From Eledone cirrhosa (taxonomy: Eukaryota): a stretch of 64,000 bases of DNA. Each line of letters begins with the position of its first letter. The first letter of the stretch is position 1. The stretch lies in the NCBI GenBank assembly GCA_964016885.1, contig CAXHJY010000206.1, forward strand, positions 34,480 to 98,479, given 5' to 3'. The position numbers and the translations under genes are program-made. The notes beneath the pieces are model-generated. The model searched no databases. It saw only the letters and a list, made by a program, of their open reading frames with translations, and was not told the origin of the DNA. Below are positions 25,654 through 44,159 of this stretch, piece by piece.

Positions 25654-26095
25654 TTAACTTTGCCTTTCATCCTTACGGGGTCGATAAAATAAAGTACCAG
25701 TAATGTACTGGTTAATTGCTGGCCTTGTGCCAATAGTAGAAACAATTATTATTATGGAGATAGAGAGAGATCCCCGTTCGGTTACGAATGACCATGGGGT
25801 ATACACTAACAACATTTCCTTTCCAAGATGCAAGACTGGGGAATGTGTTTTTATGTAAACCACTTTCTCTTCATCACTTCACCCATGTTGCACAAGGAAA
25901 TGCAAAGGACGACGCAGCATGGCAGTGATGACGTCACAACATGACAGTGATGACGTCACAACACATTTCTACAGGAAGGAGCGTTGAATTGTGTTATTTA
26001 TCACAACGCATCGCCCCCACCCCCACCCCACCTGGAAAATCGAACTCTCAACCTCACGATTGTTAATCCGACGCTCTATCCTCTAGGCCACACAT
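25654..26095. mobile_element. Main-family SINE 3' part (+, 25654-25750) followed by an older tRNA-SINE (-)
   Basis: atcgaactctcaacctcacgattgttaatccgacgctctatcctctaggcca is a reverse tRNA-like head. Confidence 0.7.
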
Positions 26096-26699
26096 ATAAA
26101 ATATAATTGTCAGAAGAAATAAAACATTGTTTATCACTTGTGTGGAAAAATTCAGTGATAAACACGTTTGTAATTTCAATTTAGCGAACTGGTCTTTCAT
26201 TTTAGCCTGTCCTGTTAGGAATTCTAAAACTAATGATTACGTATCGATTCAGTTGTTCCAAATCAAAATCGATTGATAGATACATTCCTTAACTATCATA
26301 TTGTGCTTAATTAAACAGTTATGTCAGTGTAATTTCGTTGTTTCTTACTTGGCTGCTGTTTAATATTAACATTGTAGTCAAATGATAATGCTATATCGAC
26401 AATTAGACTCTGCCATTTTCATTGTATCATGGATGTTTCTAGGTTATTTATCTGTTGTCTGTTAGTCTTGTCTATGTCTTAACATTACATACAATTCTTG
26501 CATTGTCAGTTGTTAGAAAATGTTGATGTACGTAGATGTAGCACAGGGCTATTTCTGAAAGACATTGGGATTTAGTCGTTAGGTGTAGCTAGTCTTGCTC
26601 TCTTAACACGTTGTCAATAACTTTGGATTCTTTTTCTTTTTCGTTTTCTTTTTCTTTTTCTTTTTCTTTTTCTTTTTCTTTTTCTTTTTCTTCTCCTTC

Positions 26700-26988
26700 A
26701 CTTTGCCTTTCGTCCTTACGAAGTCGATAAAATAAAGTACCAGTAATGCACTGGGGTAATTGCTGGCCTTGTGCCAAAAGTAGAAACAATTATTAGGGCA
26801 GTGGGTTGGCAATGTCAGTAGAGGGTTAGACGCCAGGCTTTACAGCATAGAGATACGGACCTTAATGGCCTGAGTTCAAATCCCACCGAGGTTAACTTTG
26901 CCTCTCATCCTTACAGGGTTGATAAAATAAAGTACCAGTAACGCACTAAGGTAATTACTGGCCTTGTGCCAAACGTAGAAACAATTAT
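26700..26988 (+). mobile_element. Two main-family SINE copies in tandem
   Basis: 26700-26793 (3' part) and 26800-26988. Confidence 0.85.
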
Positions 26989-28251
26989 GGCTTCATACCC
27001 ATGGATAATGCTCAGATGATTCAGCGAACAATTGGCGCGCCTCCACAACCCTTTAACCTATCGCTCTGTGAGTGGCTAAGAAGCAACTGTAGAAAGATAG
27101 GATGGAAGGTAGGAAGAAAAATAGGCAGATAGGTAAGTAGAAAGATAGGTTGAAATGATAGATGGTTGGTAGGTAGGAATATGGCGGGGGGTGGGGGGGG
27201 GGGTGGGGGGGGGCAGAAAGAAAAGTAGAAAGAAAGATATACAAATACCAAAGATATACAAATACCAAAGAAAGAAATATGTGTGCTCCAACATTTAACA
27301 CGAAGTGTACTGCACTACAGAACATTTTCAGGGCCTATAAGGAGCGAAATATTTTCTGATAAGCTCTTCTTATGAAACGAGTAGAAGTATATAGCAGTCT
27401 TTTGAAACTACAGGTATTCATAACAGATTTCATATCGAATACTCAATAGAATTACAATCTCTTTCACTGCTTGATTTCCAGCTGAAAATAAGGGACAAAT
27501 TATATACACCAGAATCTACAGAAATACAGCTCGTATAAATCTATTTGCTCGTTTAAAATCGACTGCATTTGTTAGATTATTAATAAAAAGAAATGATTAA
27601 TCATAATGGAAGAAAGGATAGTAAAGCTGAGAAGAATGATGGCAAGCATTAAGATATTCCAAAACTGTCTTGTCTAAATGGGTACACAGAGCCTGTTATG
27701 GGACTAAGATCTAAACGACATAATGAAAATGCTATATAGAGTATATGCTACTGTTTTCAGTACAGTATCGAATAGAGAACATATTATCAGTGTCATTAGA
27801 TTGCAATTCATAGGAACAACTAACCGCACGAACAAGTCATTTGAAACTTTCTCTACGAAGCTACATTTCTATATCTACTATTCAGCCATTGCAGATAAGC
27901 ACACAAAGCGCTTTCATATGAAAAACTCGTCAGTAAAAGGCATCTCGATAACTATTGCAGTTTTTATGAATTTCCCCTTTTATAAATATCTTCGATATAA
28001 ATAATAGAAAAAAAAAATGATTATGAAAGAGCATATGCAAATCAAGTGCTCAAAACTATAAAAATGAAATATGTTCGTCGTTTTAGAAGATGGCGGAATA
28101 TTATTGGCTCAGAAGAATGTCACCCTGTTATAAAGTATATCTTTGTGAATGTCAAAACGTTTTAATACATTTAATGTTTCATTTGAAAAATCATTTCCTT
28201 TGAAGAGGACGGCTTATAAAAGAGACATTCCCATACACACACCGCACACAT

Positions 28252-28290
<39 letters not shown>

Positions 28291-28563
28291 GTATATGTAT
28301 ATATATATACGTATATGTAATCTATATTACATTGGTATATACACATATATATAATATTATATTACATTGGCATATACACATATATATATATAAATATATA
28401 TTACAATATTACATTGGCATATATACATATATATAATATATATTACTTTGATATATACACATATATATAATATATATTACATTGATACATATATATATAT
28501 ATAATATATATTACATTTATATATATATATATAAATACACACACATACGCACACACACACACA

Positions 28564-28598
<35 letters not shown>

Positions 28599-29114
28599 TT
28601 CTATAATGGTATATGTGTATGCGCGCGTATCACTAATTAGGGTGCATAAGTTCGCTTATGCATGTATGGTTGAACAAACGTCTGCAATCTATGTTAGCCA
28701 ATTTAAAGTTGAGCCGTTTGAAATTCTTGAAGATTTTCTTTGATTTCTATGAAAAAGGTTGGTGGTTCTCATGCTGAGTGAAGAGGAAAGACTAACTATT
28801 TCGGTCATATAGAGAGCTCTCCTGAGTGTGGAGATATTAATGATATGTTAGGTTTAATGTTGAAATTAGAGAGTCGTAATTCACATAACTAAATCTTCTT
28901 ATGTTCTTCGTTGCAATTGGTTACATAATTTCAGAACGAGGAGGTAACTTTATCCTGTGTGTGTTTCTTTAATGTAATGGCGTATCCGAAGGTCGACCTT
29001 GATTGAGCCAAACTAAAGTAAAACAAAAAAGCAACAACCTTCTATTCATGACCACTCAATCTTATTTGAGATATGCTATATATGTGTCCTTCTTTTTAAT
29101 AGTCCGTTGTGTGT

Positions 29115-29760
29115 AATTGGTAGGATATTTGGCTGCTATGTCTAGGAGGCCAAGTGAGCATGTCAAGTCACTCACTATGTCTAAAAATGTTTGAAGTCCG
29201 TCTCAAGCTCAGGGATTTAATCTGGTTTTTGTGACGTTAAGCCATAGAGAGTTGAAGACTCCACTCCTGGACATGACACCAGTCCGTCGCAGGGTTAAAC
29301 CCCCAGCTATTACTGGTACTAATCTTTAGCTAAGTATATTGTAACAACGTGAAATGAAATGTTTTACTCAAGAACACAACACACACCCAGTCAAGGATGG
29401 AACCCACGACTCGGCTGTGTGTAATCCGTGAGATATTTAAGCTGCTATGTCTAGGAGGTCAAATGAGCATATACAGGCTCTCTCTATGTCTAAGAATGTT
29501 TGCAGTATGTCTCAAGCCAAGGGGACTCATCAGACCAGTTTTTATCCCAGTTTTTGTGGCGTTAAACCACAGAGAGTTCAAGACTCCACTCCTGGACATG
29601 ACGCCAGTCTACCGCAATTAACACTCCAGCTATTGCTTCTACTTTTTTCAGCCAAGTATAGTAGAACAACGTGAAATAAAGTGTTTTACTCAGGATCATA
29701 ACAGACAACCCAATCAAGGGATGGAACCCACGACATTATGATCGTAAATACAACAATTTA
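29115..29760 (-). mobile_element. Two tandem copies (~310 bp) of an older SINE
   Basis: gctgctatgtctaggagg...agactccactcctggacatgac...acaacgtgaaat..gttttactca...gatggaacccacgac occurs twice. Confidence 0.7.
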
Positions 29761-29844
29761 CGACTAACAGTCCTAGTCCTTGTTAAGACAAGTCATTCTC
29801 GGAGAATGAAAACTCTGATGTAAAACCCACGTCTCGATGACAGC

Positions 29845-30031
29845 TAATAGTTGCTTCTACTTTTGGCACAGGGCCAGCAATTTTCCAGTGCATTACTGGT
29901 ACTTTATTTTATCGACCCCGAAATGATGAAATGCAAAGTTAACCTCGGCGGGATTAGAACTCAGAATAGCAAGGGCCGTAACTCTATGCGTCAAAGCATG
30001 GCGTCCGACCCTCTACCAATACTACCAATCC
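29845..30031 (-). mobile_element. Main-family SINE
   Basis: Full consensus match in reverse. Confidence 0.88.
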
Positions 30032-30101
30032 AGAATGTTGATCTGTCCTTGGTTTTGGAAATCTCTCCCAGTTGTTCAGAGAGACTTATTGGACCATTGC
30101 A

Positions 30102-30196
<95 letters not shown>

Positions 30197-30198
30197 TA

Positions 30199-30280
30199 TA
30201 GTAATAATAATAAATGTGAAGACTAAAATCCAAAGAGAGCTCGATGAGCAGCGATTCTTTGTTTAAACTTTAATCTGTTA

Positions 30281-30325
<45 letters not shown>

Positions 30326-30458
30326 ATCCAGGAAGTGTAACGTTTATTCTGTCATCACAACTTACAACAGTAGAGGTCCGACGAACTTTTGATTTTAGAG
30401 TCGGGCCAGATCGATACAAATTGAACCTTGAGCTGATCAATAACGTAACGCGCGTCAC

Positions 30459-30494
<36 letters not shown>

Positions 30495-30580
30495 CACATA
30501 TATATATATATATACATATATATATACATATATGCATTGTTATATTTCATTAGAATGAGACAGTCCTAGTCTTGTATGTG

Positions 30581-30650
<70 letters not shown>

Positions 30651-30852
30651 CTACAGAACTAGACCTGTTCATTCGAAGGAAAGCTTTCCTGGTGATTTCC
30701 TTCGAATGAATCTGTTGGGTATAGAGTTATTTCCACAACGTGTTCTTAATCATATATATATATATTAAAATAACAGATTAAAGTTTAAAGAAAGAATCGC
30801 TGCTCATCGAGCTCTCTTTGGATTTTAGTCTTCAAATCCATTATTATTACTA
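30199..30852. repeat. ~90-bp inverted arms enclosing ~470 bp of nested short elements and (TA)n
   Basis: 30199-30290 versus 30762-30852. The arm is homologous to 996-1035. Inner hairpin ttcattcgaaggaaa / tttccttcgaatgaa. Confidence 0.8.
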
Positions 30853-30854
30853 TT

Positions 30855-31303
30855 ACTTGGAGACCCAAGATGACTTGGGATGAGGTGATAAAAGCCGACC
30901 TTACCCAACTACACCTCTCAAAGTCAATGACACACGGCCGTGACTTCTGGCGTCACGCAGTAATACAGGGTACCCGACCTCCCATGGGTACATGCTGAAG
31001 CATATAAACAATATGCCCCCACTCCCCCCACCGCAAGGTGGTCGTGGAGGTGCCACGGCAAAAAAGCACCAAGCCCACACTGTAAAGTGGACGTGTAGGC
31101 GCCACGAAAAAGCACCCAGCACTCACTGTAAATGAGGTTGGTGTTAGGAAGGGCATCCAGCTGTAGAAATCAAGCCAGATCAGTTCCTGTATGAGCAAGG
31201 CATGGTCAGCCGACCATACACTGCCCACAACAGGACAACCCGTCTAACCCATGCTAGCGTGGAAGAACGGACGTAAAACGGTGATGATGATGATGATGAT
31301 GAT
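30855..31303 (+). mobile_element. RTE-related SINE/LINE chimera with (TGA)n tail
   Basis: agacccaagatgacttgggatgaggtg (RPKMTWDEV), aggaagggcatccagctgtagaaa, and a 3' end cggacgtaaaa(tga)n shared with 37780-37800. Confidence 0.7.
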
Positions 31304-31778
31304 ATATATGCACGTATTTAAATATATACGTATATAAATGTATATACATACATATATATATATATATATACACACACACAAACACACTTCACACACATGT
31401 TTGTATAACATGTATACACACATATCTGTGTTATTTTCTGTACCTCAGCGTATGTGTGGTAGCTATATACCTCTATTTTTATTATTTGCATAATATAACT
31501 AAATACCATTATATATTTACATTCAAATCCCGCCGAGGTTAACTTTGCCTTTCATCCTTACAGGGTCGATAAAATAAGTACCAGTAATATACTGGGTATT
31601 TGATGGCCTTGTGCCAAAAGAAGAAACAATTATATATTTACATATTGGAGCAAATACACACACACGTCTACATAACTCCATACGAATATATATGTTCATA
31701 CATATAAATATATATGTTTGTATAAATGTTGTCCCTGTGTGTTTGTGTATGTATGTATAAATATATAAACATATATAT

Positions 31779-31820
<42 letters not shown>

Positions 31821-31862
31821 GTGAGGTTTTTTTTTACAAAATGAAAAATAACCGAGGTGTCC

Positions 31863-36237
<4,375 letters not shown>

Positions 36238-36774
36238 CGGTGTGTGTCTCCGTGTGTATAGCTGTGTGTGTATGTGCACATATATTAAACATGTACATAT
36301 AAGCTCCTGGTTTGTGACAGTTTTTAGACGTACAAATGATATTTTTAACAGGGGAAGCAATTATAACGAAACATGACAAAGCCATCGTTTCAACTTACTT
36401 GTTCGTATGTAGATGCTTTTGTTCATTTTGTCTTTTCATTGTTCCGTTTCTCTTTTAACGATCGTTTTTATGTCATACAAAAACGATCTACAAATTGCAT
36501 TAGGTTTCGGAATCGTTACACTTTGCTTAACACAAACAACACTACGCGTTTCCTACATAGAAACAAAAGCATTTGAGGGCGTTTGTGCTCGAAAAGAATT
36601 TATATAAAAGAATGTGATGTTTTGAAAATACCACAATAATATTAGTGATGGAAAATATCGCCCTCTCTGTTCCCTCTCAATCAAATTTTATTGTTGCTTT
36701 CGTTCAATTTTGCTCATTTAAGCTAAATGTATTCCTTATCATATATACTTTGCATCTTCTATATATTTCTTGTG

Positions 36775-37040
36775 AAGTCACTTGGACTAATGGTTAAAGT
36801 ATTTACGTCATGATTGTAAGGTTGTGAGTTGAATTCCATACGGCGAACAGTGTCCTCGCAAGACATATATTGCTGCAGGCTCTTAACTAATAATGAGTTA
36901 TTTCTATAATTCGAAGAGCCAGCCTTCTCACATTCTCTGTCACCGTGAATCTCCCAGAAAACCATGTTATGGGTAGGGTACGTGTGTCTGTGGAAAGCTC
37001 ATCCTCTTGCATGTTAATGTATTCTGTTCAACCGACGGAA
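36775..37040 (+). mobile_element. Older tRNA-SINE (CORE-like central motif)
   Basis: A-box tggactaatggtt, B-box gagttgaattcc, then gtgtcctcgcaagaca. Confidence 0.65.
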
Positions 37041-37295
37041 TGCGGGTTTATATTCCTTACTACCCATATATAATGTGATTAACTCGAGAACCTATGCTTC
37101 ACTGATGAGATAAAGTAACACTGAAACATGTCCATACTACCCACAAATCAGATTCTGTGTGAAGTTCTTTAAATTTCAAATTAATTGAACTCTTTTGATA
37201 CGAAACTGTCTGAAGTCCAACATCCTGGTTCAACGAAAAAAAAAAGTGTTTTTAAACTAAGTATTAGAGTTCAATTTGTTCATATGTTTTTTTAA

Positions 37296-37800
37296 CATAC
37301 TGACAAAGAAGGGTTTCTCCCTACAAACGAAAGGCCGGTTATATGATGCCTGTTTGAGATGCTCCATGTTGCATTGTAGTGAGACATGGGCAGCAACTGT
37401 CGAGGATATGCGACGGCTGGAGAGAAATGAAGCAAGTATGCTCCGTTGGATGTGCAATGTCAATGTGCATGTACAACCTAGCATAGACGAGTTGAGAGAG
37501 AAACTGTGTATAAGAGGGATAATCTGTAGTGTGTGGGAAAGAAGACTGCATTGGTATGGACATGTGATGCGCATGGAGGATGACCGCTGGGTAAAGAAGT
37601 ACCAAGAAATCCCAGTAGAAGAAAGACGCAGTAGAGGAAGACCACAAAAAACATGGGCGAAGGTGGTAACAGCTGGCCTCAGATCGCTGAAGCTCAGGGA
37701 AGTGATGACAAAGGACCGGGACGAATGGAGAGATGCTGTGCTGAATAGAACCCGTCCCACCCTTGCAAGCAGAGAAAAGCGGACGTAAAATGATGATGAT
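37296..37800 (+). mobile_element. RTE LINE 3' end, open frame, (TGA)n tail
   Basis: KGRLYDACLRCSMLHCSETW...ERRLHWYGHVMRM...RGRPQKTW...DRDEWR. Same lineage as 13880-14905. Confidence 0.92.
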
Positions 37801-37808
37801 TATTATTA

Positions 37809-38305
37809 TGGATTGGCAGTATCGGTAGACGGTCGGACACAATGCTTTGACGCATATAGTTACGGCCCTTGTCATTCTGAGTTCAAATCCCACCGAGGTT
37901 AACTTTGCCTTTCATCTTTACAGGGTCGATAAAATAAAGTACCAGTAATGTACTGGGTGTTTGTTGGCCGCGTGCCAAAAGTAGGAACAATTATTATTAT
38001 CATAATTATTATCATCAGCCGATTGATTTGACAAAGTTATTAGAGCATTGTGTTCATTATATATGCTGCCTCTCTGTATTCTGAGTTCAAATCCCACCAA
38101 GGATCATTTTCCATTCTTATCCCTTCGATTGTAGCCGTCTTTCCTTATAGCTGTCACTCTCTGGATGCCCCCCCCCCCATCTTTATATTCTAAGTTCAAA
38201 TCCCGCTGAGGTTAACTTTGCCTTTCATCCTTACGGGGTGGATAAAATATAGTACCAGTAATGAACTGTTATAATTCCTGGCCTTGTGCCAAAAGTAGAA
38301 AATAA
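37809..38305 (+). mobile_element. Cluster of main-family SINE copies
   Basis: 37809-37995, 38078-38130 (partial) and 38187-38305. Confidence 0.85.
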
Positions 38306-39204
38306 TAATTATTATTACATTTGTTGTTTATATCCCCAGCAATATGTCGTCTTTTTTAGAAATTTTGAGGATTAACTTATGTTGTAATCTTTATTTTCAA
38401 AATTTGAACGATTTTTCTTTTTAAATCATCGTTAGGAATTCACTACAAGTTTTCAGCGAAAAATAATTTTTATTAAAAAATATCATTATTAGGCGGAAAA
38501 AATTGTTTGTATTCATCAACATTCTACGCGAATATGACAGTAAAACACGCCCTTGTGTTTTGATACACAAATCTAATAAGAAAAAATAACATGCAAGCGA
38601 AAAAATAAATATTGGGGAAGAAAAGATGATTCTTGAATTTTCGGGAAAAAATACTAATTGCTTTCGTTTATTATTTCTTTTTATGAAACAAATGATGATA
38701 AAGTTAGTAATAATGGCGACTCGTTTGACAACAACAACAATAACTATAACAGCAATTATATGAACACCAAACTATAACAAATATCACTAGGTATCAAAAT
38801 AACAACAGCAACTGTAAAAAAAAAAGAGCAGCGACTCTAAAGAATAAAACTAACTGTAAAGAAATAATGCCAGTTAAAAAAAGTAATGCTAACAGCATCA
38901 ACTATAAAAAAAAATGTACAAGGATCGGTTGGTGGATATAGACTTGGATTCACAGTGGTGAGATCGTTGGTTCAATTCTAGGACCGTGCGATGCATTGTG
39001 TCTATACATATATATATGTCCATTGTGTCCATAAATATATATTTCACGTTGGTTCAGTTTACTCAGCTGTAGAAATGAGTTTCGAGTTAACTGGTTCCAA
39101 GCTGCATAGGCCTTCACCTATCGGCCCTTGTCTTTCTCCACCATATGTAGTGTATATATATACTATATCTGTATGTGGCGATGTCACTGGTACCAGGCTG
39201 TATC

Positions 39205-39238
<34 letters not shown>

Positions 39239-39321
39239 GTATGTTTATGTTGTGACTTCACTGGTGCAAAGCTATATCGGCCTTCGCCTTTTCCCTTGGA
39301 TATCATATACAGCGTATATAT

Positions 39322-39699
39322 ATAATTGTTTCTACTTTTGGCACAAGGCCAGCAATTACCCAGTACATTACTGGTACTTTATTTTATCCGTAAGGATGAA
39401 AGGCAAAGTTAACCTCGGCGGGATTTGAACTCAGTCCGTAAAGAGACGTAACTGTGCTGCAAAGCATGGCGCCCGACCCTCTACCGATACTGCCAATTCA
39501 CCGCCCTTGTATATACGGTGTATATATATAATTGTTTCTACTTTAGGCACAAGGCCAGCAATTACCCAGTACATTACTGGTACTTTATTTTATCGACCCC
39601 GTAAGGATGAAAGGCAAAGTCAACCTCGGCGGGATTTGAACTCAGATCGTAAAGGGACATAACTATGCTGGAAAGCATGGCGTCCGACCCTCTACCGAT
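39322..39699 (-). mobile_element. Two main-family SINE copies
   Basis: 39322-39505 and 39529-39699. Confidence 0.9.
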
Positions 39700-39881
39700 A
39701 TATATAATGCATGTTTATGTGACCACGTCACTCTTGTCAAGCTGGTCGGTCCTTGTCTTTCTATTGGGCATCATATTTAGTGTATATATATATATAATAT
39801 ATATGTATGTTGCGACCTCACTGGGACCAAGCTGTATCGGTCATTGTTTTTACCTTGAATGTCATATATATAGTGTGTGTG

Positions 39882-39921
<40 letters not shown>

Positions 39922-39951
39922 AGATCAAAAGATGGTTAAATGAGTTCCATG

Positions 39952-40022
39952 TATTTTATTATGCGCATTTCAAAAACAAATATCAACATGCAATAACATT
40001 TGTGTTTTCATCAGATAAAATA
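39952..40022 (-). ncRNA. Minimal type I hammerhead ribozyme motif (paralogue of 13366)
   Basis: Minus strand: TATTTTAT-CTGATGA-AAACACAAATGTTA...TGATATTTGTTTTT-GAAA-TGCGCA-TA-ATAAAATA, inside a (TA)n-flanked ~220-bp element. Confidence 0.85.
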
Positions 40023-40132
40023 GGAGGACATGATATGAAGGTTAAAAACACTTGTGGATAGTGCAGTTTTAAATCAACATATCTTATCCGATATCTGCAT
40101 TGCTTTATTGTACTACAATAAAACTCACCTCC

Positions 40133-40193
<61 letters not shown>

Positions 40194-40274
40194 GGTAAAC
40201 AGAAATAGCAAGACAACCGGTAGAGTATATGGAAGCGATATATTAGGTTAACGCTTGATATAGGAGGAAGAGAG

Positions 40275-40310
40275 TCTTAATGTTTCGGACGCTAGTCCAT
40301 CATCAGAAGA
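40275..40310 (-). ncRNA. Decayed minimal hammerhead
   Basis: Minus strand: TCTT-CTGATGA-TGGAC(TAGC)GTCC-GAAA-CAT-TAAGA. Stem III is defective. Confidence 0.5.
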
Positions 40311-41794
40311 AAGAATGAGAAATAAGATAGATTGAGTGGACTTTATTGGAAAAAACGTCTTTAGATAAAAATAACAGGTCCATTTATGTTGACATAGCTC
40401 GCAAAACTGTTAGCGCTGGCGTTATACACACACACATACACACATATATATATATAAATATAATTATATATATATATATATAATTGTTTCTACTTTAAGC
40501 ACAAGGCCAGCAAATTACCAGTGCATTACTGGTACTTTATTTTATCGACCCCGTAAATTACAACATCAACATCAACAAATGTTACAACAACAAGAAACTA
40601 TAGAATCTATAGGGAGAAGAAAAAGTAATATTTACACTGAAAATATTAAAACATTATCTCCTATATATTTGTATATTGGTAATGTTTATATATAGGTGGT
40701 GGTGGTGGTAGGGTGATGGTGGTGTGGTGGTGTCGTGGTGGTGAGAGTGAGGATGGTACCAGTGGTGACGGTGGTAGGGTGGTGGTGTTGGTGTAGTGGT
40801 GGTGGTGATGATGCTGGTGGTGATGACGGTGGTTTCGTGTAGTGGTGGTGGTGGTGGTAATGGTGGTGATGAGGATGAGAGGGAAGATGGTGGGAATGCT
40901 GATGATGATGACGATGATCAAGATGATTGTAATGATGGCTATGGAGCTGACGGTGGTGATGATGATGATGATTTTAATGTTTAGGTTTATAGTACAGGTC
41001 ATTGCAAATTTGGTATAATTCCCCAGAGAATGGAAATATATTGGACAGGCTCACATATATATACATACATGTATATATATACATACATGTGTGTATATAT
41101 ATATATACATGTATATATATATGTGTGTGTGTACATATGAGTGTGTATATGTATATATGAGTGTGTATATATGTCTGTGTGTGTATATATATGTATATAT
41201 GTGTGTATATATATGTATATATGTATATATATATATGTATATGTGTGTGTGTGTATATATATATATATATGTATATATGTATATATGAGTGTGTATATAT
41301 GTATGTGCGTGTATATATATATATATGTATATATGTGTGTATATATTTATGTATATATATGTGTCTACGTGTGTGTATATATATATGTGTGTATATATAT
41401 GTGTGTGTATATATATTTAATATATATATATATGTCTGTATATGTATATATATGTGTGTGTATATATATGTGTGTGTATAAATACATGTGTGTATATATA
41501 TGTTTGCGTGTGTGTATGTGTGTGTGTAGAAAGCACAGATGAGTGTTCAGGGGAGCATAAGAAAAAATGAATACGAGAGTGCGAGAATATCTGTGTGTCA
41601 GAAGTGGAAGGAGAACGAAGCAGTCAGTATACTGAGTGTAATAGCAATTTATATGAATACAAATTGTAATTATATCTTTGGATATTATACAGAAATCCCC
41701 AGTCTTTCGTTCTAGCAACACTAAAATGTTTTATTCATTAACTCACAGAAGAAATGTGTATTTCTTTATATTCCTTTGTCAGTCTATTGAAGGT

Positions 41795-41965
41795 TGGGTG
41801 GCTGTTCTCCCCGGAAATGCCTTTGCGGTTTTGTTCAGGGAAATGTCTTTGCGGTTTTGTCCGGGGAAATTCTTTTGCGGTTTTGTCCCGGGAAATGCTT
41901 TTTCGGTTTTGTCCCGGAAATGCCTTTGCGGTTTTGTCCACGGATATGCCTTTGCAGTATTGTCC
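41795..41965 (+). repeat. 26-bp minisatellite (6 copies), probably derived from a CRE 3' end
   Basis: Unit ggaaatgcctttgcggttttgtcc (GNAFAVLS) resembles ggaaacgccttctccattttgtcc at 3715-3740, and is preceded by GWLF. Confidence 0.75.
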
Positions 41966-42359
41966 GGCCCACCATCCGTCATTAATACTCGATCCGGCCC
42001 GTGGAGACAAAGAAGTTGCCGACCCTTGGTGTAGAGTCTATCACTCTCACTCCTCCTCCCTTTCTTTCTTCCTTTCTCTAGTAGTCCTTTTGCTCTCATC
42101 TATGTCATTTGTAGTACTTTCCAATACTGCTTTCTTTTCTGTATGTTTAACTAAATAAGACTAACATATGTTTGAATTATATATTATTAGTTTTTAGTTT
42201 CACCCAGTTTCGGCCATTTTATTCTGGCCATACTGGAGCACATATATATTTTCTATAGACAGATCATTAACATGTTTATTCTAATTGAGGTTAATTTAAA
42301 TTAATTAGTAATTTGCGTTCTATATAATAATTACCGATAAGATTTATAACAGCAATAGC

Positions 42360-42391
<32 letters not shown>

Positions 42392-42496
42392 CAGCAGCAG
42401 CTGCGGTATTAGCAGTAGATAGCTCAAATCAGGCACACAGATTGCATATAAATGTGTATTAATGTAAAAACACATATGTGTATATACAAATGTGTG

Positions 42497-42551
<55 letters not shown>

Positions 42552-42625
42552 GCATACATATTGCAGCATCATGGATGCACGAAGCACCTTGTGGTAATGT
42601 GATTTCGAGAATTTATTAGATATAT

Positions 42626-42668
<43 letters not shown>

Positions 42669-42920
42669 AAGAGAAAAAGAGGGATGTGTATTCGCGCTCA
42701 GGCATAAACATACACTAACGTATATAATATAATATGAATGTGTTTGTCTGTTCACACTCGAGTTTACCTGTATATGTGTGTACATGCACCTGTATTTAAT
42801 GCATATCTCTTAAAAACGCAGGGGGCTAATGTGAAAATAGGTAGATATGTTAAGGGCCATAAAAGATATCTTTTAAATAAATGTGCATGGAATATTTAAA
42901 GTGTTATAATGTAGCATACG

Positions 42921-42970
<50 letters not shown>

Positions 42971-43255
42971 TATGTGTGTGTGTATATATATATATATATA
43001 TGCATGCGTGTGTGTGTGTGCGTATGTATATATTTTTTCATATATGTTATATAGGTTCATTTCAGTCATATTGAAATGTTTTATAGTATAATCTTTACAA
43101 TAGGACACGTATCGATTCCTCCAAAATCAATATATACACCCACAATTGATAATCTATATCCATGCTGTTACATAAATGATCGTATATATACATATATATA
43201 TGTATATATATATATGTAAATATATGTATTTATAATATATACATATATATATAAA

Positions 43256-43286
<31 letters not shown>

Positions 43287-43382
43287 CACGTATGTATACA
43301 TGTATGTATATATATATATTTATATATGTACAATTAGATATGTATTTATATATGTATATATATACACACACACACATGTATA

Positions 43383-43419
<37 letters not shown>

Positions 43420-43466
43420 ATATATATATATAAATATGTATATATATACACACACACACACATATA

Positions 43467-43507
<41 letters not shown>

Positions 43508-43534
43508 ATATATACACACACACACATATATATG

Positions 43535-43568
<34 letters not shown>

Positions 43569-43797
43569 CAAACACACACATATATATGTACATATATATA
43601 TATATATATGTATGTATATACAAACACACACATATATATGTATATATATATATATATAAATATATATATATTTCCACGCTTTAAAGACAAGTCTTTAAAG
43701 CCTGGAAATATCCGAGACCCTCAGTAGACAACTGATGAAGAAAAGTCCTCCCACCCCCCGTTCTTGCTTTCTTCTCTATTCTCACTCCATTTAAATC

Positions 43798-43828
<31 letters not shown>

Positions 43829-43837
43829 GGATGTATA

Positions 43838-43936
43838 CAGGATGTCTCCAAATGTGTATACACACTTTGATTAACTGTACAGGCAATATTTATTAGAATG
43901 TTGTTCGAGTTTGTATACAATTTCGGGACACCTTTG
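43838..43936. mobile_element. Tc1/mariner-type MITE
   Basis: TA|caggatgtctccaaa.gtgtatac ... gtatacaatttcgggacacctttg|TA. Confidence 0.6.
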
Positions 43937-44159
43937 TATCCAGTTTGCCGTGCCCTAAACCTTTATTTTAGCTATGAGGAAAGTGCAACGACAAGATTCT
44001 TCTTTTGCCCTGGGTTTGTCCTTTGATGCATTGTCAAACAAAATCACAAATTAACAGAATCTTTTAAACGTGGGATAGAACGTCTTGTGCCATTTGTTCT
44101 GACTCTTTTATTTCAAGCCTCACACTTGTGTTTCATCCTTTTGAGGTTGTTAAATAGAA

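Noticed and set aside
27184-27213. G-quadruplex-capable G tract
   Set aside because: An isolated homopolymer of uncertain length with no functional context.
43733-43760. CTGATGA at 43733, and CTGANGA hits at 55421, 16785 and 1823
   Set aside because: No properly placed stem II plus GAAA-stem III-UH.
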